Source of the DNA: Chrysomallon squamiferum
Lineage: Eukaryota > Animalia > Mollusca
NCBI GenBank assembly: GCA_012295275.1
Contig: CM022677.1
Location: 12,214,001-12,278,000 of the forward strand
Direction of reading: 5' to 3'
Length of the DNA: 64,000 nucleotides
Shown here: one piece after another, positions 38,057 through 52,900 of the stretch
How positions within the stretch are numbered: position 1 is the stretch's first letter
How the letters are laid out: the number at the start of each line of letters is the position of its first letter
Made by a program: the position numbers and the translations under genes
The notes under the pieces: model-generated
Seen by the model: only the letters and a program-made list of their open reading frames with translations
What the model was told of the DNA's origin: nothing
The model's database searches: none

Positions 38057-40333
38057 GGAGCAACTGACCATGGATAATAACTTTTCATAACATAAGGGAA
38101 ATAACTCTCTTTTGATAAACCTACTGCAAATTAATTTTAAATTGTTAAACCATATGAAATAATGAAAGAAAGCAAATACAATTTCCCACCCAAATTAAAA
38201 ACAAAATCAATAATAATTAACACCCTGAAAACAATTTTATATCTCTTTTTTATTTACCAAGAAACAGTAACAGTGAATTAAGAAATCAAATTCAACAGAA
38301 AAATTGTAACAAATATAACAATTAATGAAATAAAAATGCCTATAAAAAAACATACTGTCAAATTACATGTGCAAAATTATAAACAAATAACAAAAACAAT
38401 GTAAAAAGAAAATATAATTTAACTACAGTTGTCACTTATTTACATATTTTTTCACCTGTTTTAAATTATTACATTGGATAATTAATTACATTATTTAACT
38501 GGAGCTAGTATTAAAAATTAATCTAGACACGTGGGTTTTATTTTTAAAGTCTGCTAAATAATTTGATTCAATGCTTTATTTGCTGTGTTTATTTTCTAAT
38601 TTATGCAGATATATGCAGGCACATAAATGCATGCACTAAAGTACAAACACATCCAAGACACAAAACAAACACTGAAAATAACACATATACAAACATTACA
38701 ATATTCACACAGAAATACACACTCGCACATGCACTTAGGCAAAACCCACACATACACACAGACATGACTACATACAAAATGACATACAGACACACACACA
38801 CATGTAGACATACCAACATACAAAATGACAAACACATACAGTATCCCCACACATACAAAAACACTTCTTATAAAAACACTTCATTGAAAACAACAAAGAT
38901 AAAGAAAAATAATCTAATATAAATAAACTTTGGTCCATGTATATTACATAAATATTAGTATCAGTGTGTGTGAATTAACAGCATATTTTATCATGTTATT
39001 CTGTGTATCAGAAAATGGTGAATAGATCATTAAAAAAGTCATACGACAAGATGGTAAAAATTGTTTATTTCTACATCAGAATACTGGATAGAGTAGCAAT
39101 AACTGTAACTATCATCAGATGAAGTGGATGATAATCATCATTTTCTGCATCATCTCTGTATTAGATCTGTTAAGTTGTATGGCTAAAATTATCATTCTTT
39201 GTATCAGAAAAGTTTGTACAGAAATTTTTAAAATCATTTTCTATGAAGTGGAATTGACATTATCTACATCAGAAAATACTGACAGGCATAGAAAACTTAA
39301 CCTCTATAATCAGAGAAAAACTGGATATATTATTAACAATACCTCTGTGTTCTAGAGAATTAGTTCATGATGAACTGAATCTTCATCCTCTTCTCCACTT
39401 CTTGTCTGAGAAAAACATTTCAGTATTTAATATTAATGTTTGTCATCCAGTAGCTGATATATTTTTCATGCTGTGCTGTCCTAAAACATTCATTCATTCG
39501 TATAGTTTGTAAAAACAATGGCTATCAAAAATATCACAGTTATTTAAAGATAAGCATTAATTCCTGTCCATTTCACAAAAAGAATTGACATATGACAGCA
39601 CATGATACCAATACATATAATTACAAATGAAAGAATACTTTTTTAAGTTTTAATTATTTTTATTATTTAATTTTTGTTTGTTTTTTGTTTTGTTTTGTTA
39701 TATGAGCATCAAGGCAAAAACCAGCTACTTTGTTTAAACATAGATATCATAATTATACATATACACTTTATGAACAGGGAAAGACAGTGAAAAAAAGAAA
39801 GAAAGTGAAAGAGAGATCCAGAGAGGCTAGGAGAAAATTAGAGATAGTGAGAGAGAAACAAAAAGACAATGACATCATCACTATACCTGACTTTTACCTC
39901 CAGTTCTGTAATTTTAACATCATCAACTTTTATGTTAATTCTTGACACTATGACTGGTTGTCCAAATATCTTAGCCTAGATAACAATAAACAGATTTTTC
40001 TTAATTATTCATAATAATCATTGTTAGTGTTAAAGAACAATATTACAGTTGGGAGAAATATTTACAGAAAAAATTGCCGAAACAGATATTTACAGATTAT
40101 ATGTTTAGACACACATACACATAAAGACAGACAGCATGTTAGAAAGACAGACAAATGTAAAACAAAAGAATACAGAGGTACACAGATATATTTATTTAGG
40201 AAGTAAAATAATTTAGAGACTGGTAGATATTGGGTAGATAGATAGGTTGACAACAGACAGACAGACAGTTTATTGTAGACCTACACTGGTAAATAGATAC
40301 AGTCAATAGGACTAGGCAGATGTAACACACACA

Positions 40334-40463
<130 letters not shown>

Positions 40464-40554
40464 CATGCAGAAAGAGCAAGAGAACAGATTGACAGATTGG
40501 GAAATAACATTTAGTACAATAAAACCAAATGACATTTATATAAATTTTAATCAA

Positions 40555-40935
40555 AATCAAACACTAATTGGGAGTAGTAGGTAAAACAAATGACATTTAT
40601 AAACAATTAATCAAACACTAATTGGGAGTAGTAGGTAAAACAAATGACATTTATAAACAATTAATCAAACAGTAATTGGGAGTAGTAGGTAAAACAAATG
40701 ACATTTATAAACAATTAATCAAACAGTAATTGGGAGTAGTAGGTGACATTTATATACAAAATCAAACACTAATTGGGAGTAGTAGGTAAACCAAATGACA
40801 TTTATATACAATTAATCAAACACTAATTGGGAGTAGTAGGTATACCAAATGACATTTATATACAATTAATCAAACACTAATTGGGAGTAGTAGGTAAACC
40901 AAATGACATTTATATACAATTAATCAAACACTAAT
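40555..40935. repeat. 54 bp minisatellite, ~7 copies
   Basis: Unit ACACTAATTGGGAGTAGTAGGTAAAACAAATGACATTTATAAACAATTAATCAA starting at 40561, 40615, 40669 and onward. Confidence 0.95.
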
Positions 40936-41897
40936 GATTTAAATGGAATACCTCTACTCTGTTGTAGTAATCTATAGCCTTGTCTACAGATACAGAATCA
41001 GACATCAGTATCCATGCTATTCCTCTGATCAAATAACTGGATCCTGGAAAATTCAAGCAGTAGCAGTAGTGGTAGTAGTAGTAGTACCTGATTATATGTG
41101 AGAAGGAAATGTATTGGTCTTTACATTAAAAAGAAAGGTAAATTTTAGAAATTAATGCAAAAGTTGATATTAAAGCTGGATACAAAAGTTGATAAATATG
41201 TTAAGTATTGTAATGAGAAATGTTATTTTATGTTAATAATTTCATATTTATTAATCTCTCTCACTCCTCTCTCTTTCTCACACACACATACAAACACACA
41301 CACACACACACACACTACATTTTTGTTAACTTTATTTCCTTGTTCTTTTATTTCTACACAGTTTGTATTCAAAACAAAATACATTCATATGTGGGTGTGT
41401 ATATTTGTTATAATAAAAACTTTCTAAAACTATCCAAAAATTGGTGTGTGTGTGTGTGTGTGTGTGAATATATGTATGGAACACTATCACTGGGGCCAAG
41501 AAAGATGGAGAAGTACCTGGCTTCAGGTAATATATACATACATACATATATTCACACACACACAATAAACAAAATATATGTATGTCTGTATTCTGTGTAT
41601 GATTCAGGTTTTTGTATATATATATACATACATACATACATATATTCACACACACACACACACACACATATATATGTATGTATGTATACATATATTCACA
41701 CACACACACATACATACAAGAAAAAACAAAAACCTTCATACACAGAATACAGAACATATATATATTTTGTTTATTACCTGAAGCCAGGTACTTCTCCATC
41801 TTTCTTAGCCCCAGTGATAGTGTTCCATACATCAACTGACAGAATATTTAGAGTCTAGAAATACTTTCATCATTTCTATTCTCTTCTCTATTATTAT

Positions 41898-41954
<57 letters not shown>

Positions 41955-42955
41955 GAACATACTGAATTTATCAAGAGGGCAAGACAACAAAATATAAATA
42001 TTCATAAATAAGGAGAATGTGATGTTTATTATTACAGATAGATATATAGAAAGATAGACAGATAGCTGTGAACTGTTATTACTGCACTACTACATACTAT
42101 ATAATCACTCACCATGACCTTTCAACATGGCTGCAGTGTCAGAAGTTGACTGTTTCCTTTATCTGTGAGAATGGCTGGACAGTGCATCATATTACCCAGC
42201 ATTCCTAGAGGAAGATAAATAAATAAATAAATGACAAATTTCAATAAATAAGAACCATATAGATGTTAAAATAAAAAAAATAACTATAACTGTTTACCAG
42301 GATGTCCTCCAAGTGCTGTCAGTTTAATCAGGAAGCTGAAGAGACAACTACAAGATGATTCAATTTTCTCCCCTGACTTCTTGACAGTGAGTCCTTAAAA
42401 TTAAATTTATATAAATAGTTTAAAATGAAAACAATGCAACAACAGCATTTAACAATAATAAAACCTTTTATTTAGTATTCCTTCTTCTTTCTTATTTTTA
42501 CCATTGGATTAACTTAGATTAGAGTTCAGGTTAGGATTAGGTCTAGGACTAGTGTTAGGGTTAGGATGAGAGTAGGTTCAGGCTAGTTATTTATTTATTT
42601 ACTTTCTTATTTGTTATTATTATTGTTTCTTTTTTACTATTTTTATTTTTATTGTTCTTTTTAAATAAATTTATTTATTACCACTTGCAGCATCCAACTT
42701 TGTGGAAAGTTCTTCCATTTCATTTTCTTGTAAGTTTTTCTTCTGGTTGTTAAGATACAACACTGTCAATGGTGATGACAGCAACTGATATCAGTAACAA
42801 CAGTCCCTCCTTCCCTGAATGATAATAAAAAATATTTTAAAAGCTTGAATTTAAAATTTAAAATGTAAAGAAGCAGGAACTACAGCTACTGTTCCTACTG
42901 CACTCTATTAAAACTACATCGCTACTATTATTATTATTACTATTACTGCTACTAT

Positions 42956-43108
42956 TAGGAAAGTGATAATAAAAGCTAATGTGTAGCTGTAGTTATAGTA
43001 GGTAGTAGTAGCTGCAGTAGTATTACTAAACTAGTTATTATTACTACTGCTGCTACTGCTACCTACTATAACTACAGCTACACATTAGCTTTTATTATCA
43101 CTTTCCTA
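42956..43108. repeat. 153 bp near-perfect palindrome (right-arm copy)
   Basis: TAGGAAAGTGATAATAAAAGCTAATGTGTAGCTGTAGTTATAGTAGGTAG ... CTACCTACTATAACTACAGCTACACATTAGCTTTTATTATCACTTTCCTA. Confidence 0.92.
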
Positions 43109-45499
43109 CAATGTTAGCTATTATAATTATTATTATTTTTATTATTATTATTATTACTACTACTACTCTTTCTAGTTTTTTTGATATGGTAGTAGCTGTT
43201 ATTATTACTACTGCTGATGCTACTATTACTACATCATAGCTACTACTGTCATCACCATGTTACACGTTGCTGTTGATGTTTTTGTTGCTAATTACATCTC
43301 TGTTACAAATAATAAAGAACTGAAAACTATTGTATTTACAAGATGCTATTCAGATCTGTTATTTTTCCTCCTGTGTAGGTATAGTAATACAATTAAACAT
43401 AACAAATCTCAAACAATATGCAAGCTTCTATTTTCATATTTTGAATTAAAAAAATTAATATTTTCTGAAAAATACAAAAATTATTTATTACCTAAAGAGT
43501 TTCCACTCAAGCTCTTTACCTCAGACTTGTGTGCCTTGGTGGTATAAACAAAGACTAAGGGCACCATCAGTTTGAATCTTAAATTTAAATAAAACAGGCC
43601 TGAGTATTTTATACAAAGCATGTAAACAAATAAACTGATAACCAAATATTTCTTAACACACACACACACACTAGTATCTAAGTAGCAATTATCACTATTG
43701 GTGATATACTGACACACACATACTATTATCACAGTAGCAAATATGTCTATTGCTGATACACTCACATACTATTATCGCTGTTGCTGACATACTCGCACAC
43801 ACAAACAAATACGCACAACATTCATGCACACACTCACACAACACTATTATCAGTTATCACTACTGCTGATACACAAACAATTAATTACCAGAGTAGTAGT
43901 TATCACTATTGCTGATACATGCACACACACATACTATTATCAGATTAGCAATTATTAGTATTGCTAACACTCACAGACACATACAGAAACACAAACACAC
44001 GTGCATGCACACGCACACACATATACTAGTATCAGTGTAGCAGTTATCACTATTTGTGATACAGACACACAGCAATTATCACACACACACATAAACACAC
44101 TATTATCAGAGTAGCAATTATCACATACAGACACACACACACTATTATCAGAGTAGCAATTATCACATACAGACACACACACACTATTATCAGAGTAGCA
44201 ATTATCGCTACTGCTGATTCATACACACACAAACACACACATACAGAGTTTAATATTCTAAGCATATGGTTTAACAAAATTGTTTATGTCAGATAAAGAA
44301 AGATAAGAATTATATACAGAATAATTTTTCAAATATTAGTAAAATCAATAAAATTTAAATAAAAATTACCACATCTTTCAAAGAAAGGAGTTTTCCATGG
44401 AAACTCAAACAGCTGGTTGGTTAAACAACTGCAGTTCAGACTTAATTCCTGTAGAGAACTTGTGACTGATTTGGAATCTGGAATATCTGAAATAAGTGAA
44501 AAACAGTATTAACAAACCTATTAACTAAGAGGAGAAAAAGAAAATAAAAGTAGAAAAAATATAATAATGACAAATTTGTCAAACCTAACAGAATGAAATA
44601 CACTTGTGTGTCTGTGTGTGTGTGTAAGATTCATATAGATACAGATATATATATATCTATCTATAAATATAGATATATATATATACACACATGAGCACAG
44701 AGAGAGAGAGAATAATATATATATATATATATTTTACAAATCTAAATTAACCATCAACACTAAGTGTTTGGTTGTTAAGTTTTGCATCATTCAGATAAAA
44801 AGCTGTCATCTTGGATGATTGAAAACATGAAACAAAAACTGAATACATGATTAAGTGATCCCAGTTTGTAATAAAAATAAATAAACTCAGTAATAATAAT
44901 AATCATATAAATAATAATAGTTCGCAATGTACCGAAGCAGAAAATAATTTAAAGTCAGTGATTAAAATAAGCATAGTGTGTACAAAAATAATATTGAGCT
45001 AATTAATTCTGATTGGCTGATCTCTCTCTGAAGATTGGTTGGTTAATCTTATTATTTGTCAAGTTACAAACTTGTTTAGCTACCTCGTATCTTAGCGGGA
45101 TTGTCGTTGTTCTTATTTAGAGTTACTTCCCCTAGACCCTCAATCAAAGAATTTCAGTATTTCGACGTCAAATTATTTTGCAGCATATCTGACAAACAAA
45201 ACGATTAAAAGTGTGCCTCCATTCTTTTATTTGCTTCATTTTAATTTGTTGAAATTAATGTTGATTAGTGTATATGGACGCTATAATGTACAAAATAAAA
45301 CAAATAAAAATAAAAAATAAAAAAATAAAAACATTACCTCAATTTGTCCTTAAATTGTTATTTCAGTCGGGCAGAATCATTTTCTGTTTTCACTAACTAA
45401 ATTGTATTTCACGACTTGCATGTAATTATGTAATCAGTATGAGTCTTAATAAAACGTAAGTACAGGGTTTCAAGTTATGAACATGTAATTCTATATCTA

Positions 45500-45531
<32 letters not shown>

Positions 45532-45719
45532 TTGAAATACATAATTAGTGTTATGAAATAATAAATGCGCAGGCTCTTGCTGTTTAACCTAATTATTGAG
45601 TCTCTTCGGTGGCTGAGTAGACTTTTCACGTTCCACTCGCTTCCCGACGCATGGTTATCAGATACGATGCAGTGTACCTACGTATTTGTCATATAAAAGT
45701 TCACTTAATTCTCACAATT

Positions 45720-46816
45720 TTATTTTTATTTTTATTAACTATTATTCATACTTCTCATTATTCTTTAACCCTTTTTACTAATTATTCCTCAAAATTTCTC
45801 AGCGGGCGCATCACCTATTAAAATATATTGTTGTAATTTCTATTAATGTCGCCGCCATTACCGTCGTAACAGCGTTATTCTCAACGTTCTTGGTGTGCTC
45901 CTCCTTATTATTTTCCTTTTATTTAACTATTTCTCACACTTTCTTAGTGTTCACAGCCCACGTTAAAAAATATTAATACGATTTCTGTTAAACACGCCGT
46001 CGTTGCCGTCGTACCTGCATTGTTAACATCTTGGTGAACTCCTCATTATTCTTTTTTCGCTTTATACTCTTATTTTCTGAGCCTGAGTTTCCTGTATTTA
46101 AATATTTTATTATTACCTCTATTAATGTCACCGTCGTTGCCGTCGTAAACTGGTTATTCCTAAAGATTTTGTTATTTTTCATTATTCTCTTACTCTTTAT
46201 ATTATTCTTACCATCTTAGTGCGCATATCATATATTAGAATATATTCTCGATATTCTTTAGTGCTTTTCACTAATTATTCCTCGTACTTTCTGAGCAGGC
46301 GCATCACCTATTAAAATATATTGTTGTAATTTCTATTAATGTCGCCGTCGTTCCCATGGTACGGGTGTTGGAGTACTCCTCATTATTCCTGTTCGTTGTT
46401 TATTCGCTGTTATTCTTATTCTCTCACTGTGCCCGTCCTATATTAAAATATGTTATTGTTATCTCTATTAATACACCATCATTACCGTCGTTACGGCGGT
46501 GTCCTGTAGTAAAATATATTGTTAATATTTAAAAATACATTGTTCGTGTTCAAATCCTTTTCTACAGTGTATTATTACCATTTCTATTACCATCGTTGCC
46601 GTCGTAGAGGCCTTCTCGTTATTCTTTAGCGCTTTTTATGAATCATTCCTCATACTTTCTGAGCTTTCAACGTTCTGGATGTCCTTAACCTTATTATTTT
46701 GTTTTTTATTAAGTATTGCAATTAGTGTTCACATCCTACATTAAAAAATATCATTACTATTTTTATTAATGAGGCCGTCATTGCCGTCGTTCCAGTATTG
46801 TTCTTAGCGTCTTGAT
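45720..46816 (-). repeat. Degenerate ~130 bp-unit tandem array, same family as 12477-12900, inverted
   Basis: Recurrent TTCTATTAATGTCGCCGTCGTTGCCGTCGT-like motif, roughly 8 units. Confidence 0.8.
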
Positions 46817-48859
46817 GTACACCTGATTATTGCGTGGATGGGGAAATGGATCACTGAAAAGAAGTTGCTGCAAGGTAAGATTAATGTTCAGCAGACACAG
46901 AGACACACACAGATACTTGACTCAGCGTCATGAAAATAACACTTGCAGTTTTAACGCAGCCATCACTATCTGTATTAGACGTCATTAGTTTCTCAACAGA
47001 GAGGTAGCGGTAATATTAACACATTGTTTTAGAAAATGTATGTTGTTTTTTAATTAACAATATTAGAGATTATACATGAAAAAGAACAGTATATATAGAT
47101 ATATTTTTGAAAATAACTTGAGAGGCAGGTACGAAACGTCCATTTTAGTAAAAGTAATTTGATAATTTTACTAATTCTAAATCGTAAACTAAAAGGCGTA
47201 ATTTTAATGTACGTTGAACTTAAATGTTACATTATATATATATATATACTATACAAAATATTCATAATCACAGATAATCTGTTAGATATTACTGAAAGTC
47301 ATAAATGATAATTTTACATGGCGTAATGAAAATAAACGGCTTAATTATCTGTAAAAAGAAAAACGTGAGAATTAATTGCTGGTTGAGCGGTGATTTTTAA
47401 TATTAAATATGTTAAGCGATGTTAATGTCAGATATTGTTAATATCGTACAGGTTACATTTAAACATCTCAGAGTTATATCCCTGGAATCACGACAGTTCG
47501 TAGTGATTAGCTGAGAACAAACAAGGTTAACTTGTTGTTTTATTATGATAACTGCGAATTTTTCGCTCTTTTTTTCTCATTACATTCAAGGTGTATAGTG
47601 TAATATACTTTATATTTCTTATTATACCTGAAGATCTCTTATTACATTAGATATTAGTATAACCTGTCCACCAGTAATTATCAATATAACAAGCATTATA
47701 TTTGTCAACAATAGAAGAATGACAACAATAATAACACCTTAATATCGCGCCTTCTTGCTTCTTTATTATTAGTTTTGATTTTTCTGACGCTATTCTCTTA
47801 GTTTCATTAGAACTGTTCTGAGAGTGGATATAAAAATTGCTTCTTATTTTTTATTGTAATAAAATCTTTTTAAAATTAATCTGAAACAGATAAATTTTTA
47901 ATTACATAATTTGATAAATAACCTCTGAATTTTAGGTTAATCATCTAATTTCATGTAGAGAGAGATGTAAATATGTCGCGGAATCTCCTGTTACTATGGT
48001 GATACAAATAAAATATCACATATTGTCAGTAACATCAATACAGTAGAAACTACAATCTTCATCTAGCATATCACGCTTTTCGGTGTAGTCCTGTTTCTGT
48101 TAATAATAAAATAACTTAATATGAAAGACATCATTTTTCAATATATAATGAGAAGGACATCAATTTGGGGGAAAAAATGTGTATGTGTGTGTGTGTGTTT
48201 CAATGTACTGTCTTGTATAGCTAATAACATTACCGAAGAAATCCTATGTATCATTGAAAATGTGCACGGCATATTAAGAATTACATTTTAATAACGTGAA
48301 TATAATTTTAATATTAATATTTCGTCTAAAGAACATATTCGTATTTAGATGTGGAGTGAAGAGTTTACGCTTCTGTTTTACGTTAAGTTCACAAAATCAT
48401 TCATAACGTTAATGTCGTTTATAATAAAATATTCCATTATTCTAAGACAGAGAATTCTTTTTGAATTCATAACAAACATTAAAAAATGTCTATGAATCTC
48501 AGTTTTGTCGTGATGTTAGCTGAAGGAGATTTTCTTTCTTATTTATTTATTTATTTTTATTTTGTCGTATAAACGGTTGTGATTTATTTTATTTTTTGGT
48601 TTAATAATCGTTCTGAACATGTAAAAAAAAAAGCTATGTGAGAAGTTAATTCACAAATATATGCATTTAGTTATCAAACACTCACTAAAATATTACCCAA
48701 GCCACGCTGAATCACATACATGTATGTAAAAGAAAAATAAGTAATACTGAGATGAAACTATCTAAAGAGAGAGTTATCTTTTCTTGATGATGAATATCAG
48801 CAGACAGTCATAAAAGGAAGGTGTTATCTGAAACATTTTAAAAGTAAGAATAACAGTTA

Positions 48860-49690
48860 CTGAAAAAGACAACATAACTAGGAGTACAACGCAGGCAATA
48901 ATTAATAACAAGCGCAACAAAATAACGAGAAGCAGTTCAGAAATGTTATAGACAATGCAGACAGGACAGCAACCTCGGCGACATTAACAAAATTAATAAT
49001 AATATATTTTAATGTGGGATGCGCACACTAACAAAGTGAGGATAACACTTAACAAAAAGCGGAACAGAATAATTAAAACTACTCCAAAAGCGCGAAGAAC
49101 AACTACACGACGCCAGCTACGGCGACTATAATAGTAATAATAATAATGTATTTTAATATAGTTTAACAAAGTTATTAACATGCGCAACAGGATAAAAAGA
49201 AGTAAACCAAAAACGTTAAGAACAATGCAGCCACGACGGCAATGATAACGTCATTAACAGAAAAAAAAGTAATAGTACATTTTAACTGGTAATAATAATA
49301 TATTGTAATACAGGAAGCGCACACTAAACAAGTGATATTAATAGTTAATGAAAAGCACAGCACAATAATTAAACTAATAACGTTAACGCAGGTAGACGCA
49401 ACGACGTCGACATGAATACAAATAGCAATAATATATTTTTAAATAGGATCTACACACTAAGAAATTAAGGACAGCAGTTAATAAAAACCTCAAAAGAATA
49501 ATGACAAAGACAAGAATACCGTGCAGGACAACGCAGACACGACGCCAACGATGGCGACAGTAATAGTAATAATAATAACATTTTTTCATATAGCACAGTA
49601 CGAAGGTAAGAACAATAGAAAATATAAAAATCGAAACAACATGCAGAATTAGAATTTGTAACAATGACAACGGAATCGAGAGTATGCAAT
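48860..49690 (+). repeat. More diverged array of the ~130 bp-unit family
   Basis: Recurrent ACAA(T/C)GCAG...ACGACG...ATTAA...AATAATATATTTTAAT...GCGCACACTAA units. Confidence 0.65.
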
Positions 49691-49694
49691 AACG

Positions 49695-49900
49695 TTAGAG
49701 CTAAACGAACAGGTTGTTGTTCACTGTCACCAGCTACTGAAGCCAGACACATCAGTAGCAAACAGGTCAGCATTGTCAGGATATATTTACATCGAATGAT
49801 AAATCTCATGCGGAGGTTGTCGTCCTCAATCATGTCATTTTGCACATGGGCATCGTGTACTGATTATAAACAGATTGGTGGAGGCAGTGGTCAGAAGTGG
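49695..49900 (-). pseudogene. Possible TMBIM/Lifeguard (Bax inhibitor-1 family) N-terminal fragment
   Basis: PLPPP...*...EDDNLRMRFIIRCKYILTMLTCLLLMCLASVAGDSEQQPVRL resembles the R-x-x-F-I-R-K-V-Y-x-I-L TM1 motif. There are in-frame stops upstream and no further exons were found. Confidence 0.3.
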
Positions 49901-50545
49901 AACCAAATCACCAGTAATCGACAGAATTACCCAGTCTTGTTCAGCTTATATTCCTTGTCCTTCATATTAAAATAAATTATTTATCTCTCTTTATTTATAG
50001 CTCGTGCAATGCAAAGTAAGCAAATATGTCTTTATATTAATAATTAAATGTAAATTTAATTTGGGTATTCATTTGATTAATAAAAAAAAACATGGTTTGA
50101 AAAAAAAAATAATAATAAAAATAGGAAATATCTTATTTCTTTAATTATACTTTTGTTCATTTTATTATTAGTTTTATTACTTTTAAAAAATAATTATGTT
50201 TGTCTGAGTGTGTGTGTTTGTGTGTGTGTGTGCAAGAGAGAGAGAATTAAGAACCGATAAAAGAAAACACTTTTTTTCATTTGACTGAGCATATCGACAA
50301 GCTGTTGTTCCAGAACAAAAGAAAATACACATAAAAACACACGCACACATACACAGTTTAACATTCTGCAAAAAGATAAATACACTTTGAAAAATGTGTT
50401 AAAAGTGTGTGTGTGTGTAAATAAAATATAAACATTCTTTTTTCTTTCTTCTTTTGGAAGGACAAAAAGATAACATGCAGGGCAGTTACCGTGCCTACTG
50501 GTCATGTAAAAATGGTAAATCTGAAGGCCAAATCTGAATGGTAAA

Positions 50546-50590
<45 letters not shown>

Positions 50591-50869
50591 TTATATTTAT
50601 AGTAAATGAGCCATGCTAATGTAAGGAATAAAACTTCAGGAATACACTTCAAAGGAATGTATGGCTAATAGTTTTCATAATTTAAACTCTGGTGGCAATA
50701 CAAGACTTTTCTCCTTTTTTTCTAAATCATCTGGCTATTTTTATTCTCTGCTTTTAACAGCCAAAATCTAACACTGAATAACCTTTCTTTCTTTCTTTCT
50801 TTTATTATTATTTGTTATTCTTTTTCCCCCTTTATTTATTTATTGTTTTATTCATTTATTTAAATTTAG

Positions 50870-51310
50870 ATGTATGTGACAAGAGACCAGTGTGAAATAA
50901 TACAAACAAGTCCAGTATGGAAACAATGTTCAACAGCCAGTTCTACCAGTAAGTTCTTTTATTTACTGTATTTATTTGTTTTATATTTATTTATTTACTT
51001 ATTTACTTTTATTACAAACATTCCATTTATTCTGAATTGTTAGAAATAGTAATACTATTTAAAAAAGTTAATTTCAAAAGTTGATAGTTATTTATGCTGC
51101 ATTTCATATATTTTAGTAATTTTATTACAAAGTATATTGTTTAGACAAGATTTGGATATTGCTCGTGGAAACGGTAATTCCTGCAGCATTAGTAAGACTA
51201 TTTGGACAGCTGAAATTCATGACTATGTCAGTCATACAAAAAATGGATGTAATTGTGGAAGTAGTGATACAGATAATGTTACACAAGTCATAGATGAAAT
51301 AATAGAAGCA
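50870..51310 (+). other. Two exon-like segments of unknown identity (50870-50947; ~51130-51311)
   Basis: AG/GT bounded with open frames (MYVTRDQCEIIQTSPVWKQCSTASST; QDLDIARGNGNSCSISKTIWTAEIHDYVSHTKNGCNC...). Confidence 0.3.
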
Positions 51311-52529
51311 AGGTAATAGATGAATTACATCTATTATTTCTGTTATTTCAAAACTATATAAATAAAAATATTCCTCACTCTTAGAAAATTGTTTCTCAAG
51401 TCTGATGAAAATGCTAGCTAAAAATATGTAATCAAAAACAGAGAAAAAAATAATTTGAAACATTTATTTGAACAATAAAAACAAAAGATCAACATCAAAA
51501 CTCCTTTTGCATATGAAAAGATAATTTTAGAAAACCCTCAACAAAATTCTTAATTAAAAATTTAGAAAAACATGGTAAAAGATGTTTCTGAACTTTCAAA
51601 TTAAAAATTATTTAAAATGTTTAAAAAGGTTTTAAAGTGCTGAGAGTGCTATAAAACATAAAGGTGAAAAGATTTCTGATTTATCCAATAAAAGTATTAA
51701 TAAAATAAAAAAATAAAAGAACATCAAAACTATGGTTAAACATTTTTTTAAATTACTGAACAACTTGACATATAATGTAATCTGCAAATTAATCATTAAG
51801 AAAATATCTTCCAAACAACAGATCTTCTTCCATTTTATGCTTTATTAACATATTTTTCATAAATCTTTACCAGTACATTAATACTTTTTTTTTTTAATAA
51901 TAATAAGGTTATCTCCCTTGAGATATACAATTTGTAGTTTTTTAAAGCAGTAAATCAAGGATTGCTACATCAGACATTTTAAAAAGAATATCTTTTTCAC
52001 ACATTTGACTGTCTGGTCCAAACATTCTGTCTACTGGTCTATGTCTATGGTATCTTTCATTTGGATCTGAAATCACAGTTTCACAGATTTTTAAATTCTT
52101 CAGTAAGTGCAGTCCACGTAACTAGTAACTGTTTTTAAAATATTACTTTTGGTGTGGAACTTTCTAGAAGGTCTCAATATTCTTCAAGCATTCAGTTCTT
52201 CATATTTGTTATGGAGATATTTTATCTTCTGCTGCTTCTACTGTTAGTTTGTTCAGTACAGTGAGAAATCTTGAAGAACTTGGAGATAAACCTAGAATCA
52301 GTTTTATAAAGAAACCTGAAAAAAACAAAAAAAAAAAACCCACATTATTATTAAAATTAAAATAATATTCAGACTTGTATAAACAATATTATACAATTTA
52401 CCATGTAAAATGAAGGTTGATATGATTCAAATGGGATGGGTTGTGACTTAATTATTTTCATGATTTTTTACTTACTGTTAAAAAGCCATTTATTCCTCAG
52501 ACAAAATTAAATTAATTTAGCACTGTATT

Positions 52530-52800
52530 GCATTTCATTTTATTTCATTTAATTTAATTTCATTTATTTTATTTCAGTTCATTTTCATTTATTTTTAATT
52601 TCATTTCATTTATTTCAGTTCAATTCATTCAGTTCATTTACTGTATTGTATTTCATAGTATTTTATTATTATTTCATTTCATTTCATTTCATTTACTGTA
52701 TTTCACTGTATTTTTCTGCACCGCAATGCATTTTATTCATTTCATTTAGTTTCATTTCACTGGTTTCACTGTATTTGCTTTGATTTAATTCAATTCAGTG
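52530..52800. repeat. Degenerate (ATTTC)n pentamer repeat
   Basis: Directly visible. Confidence 0.8.
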
Positions 52801-52900
52801 TATGTATGTGTATGGAGGTTTGTGTGTGCATGTTTTCATGTGTGAATTTTTGCATGTACTTGTATTGATGTGTGTGTGATATATTAATATTTATGTACAC

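Noticed and set aside
51125-51463. Minus-strand 112-aa ORF as a GPCR/TM exon of the EGF gene
   Set aside because: No GPS or 7TM motifs, and the splice signals favour the plus strand.
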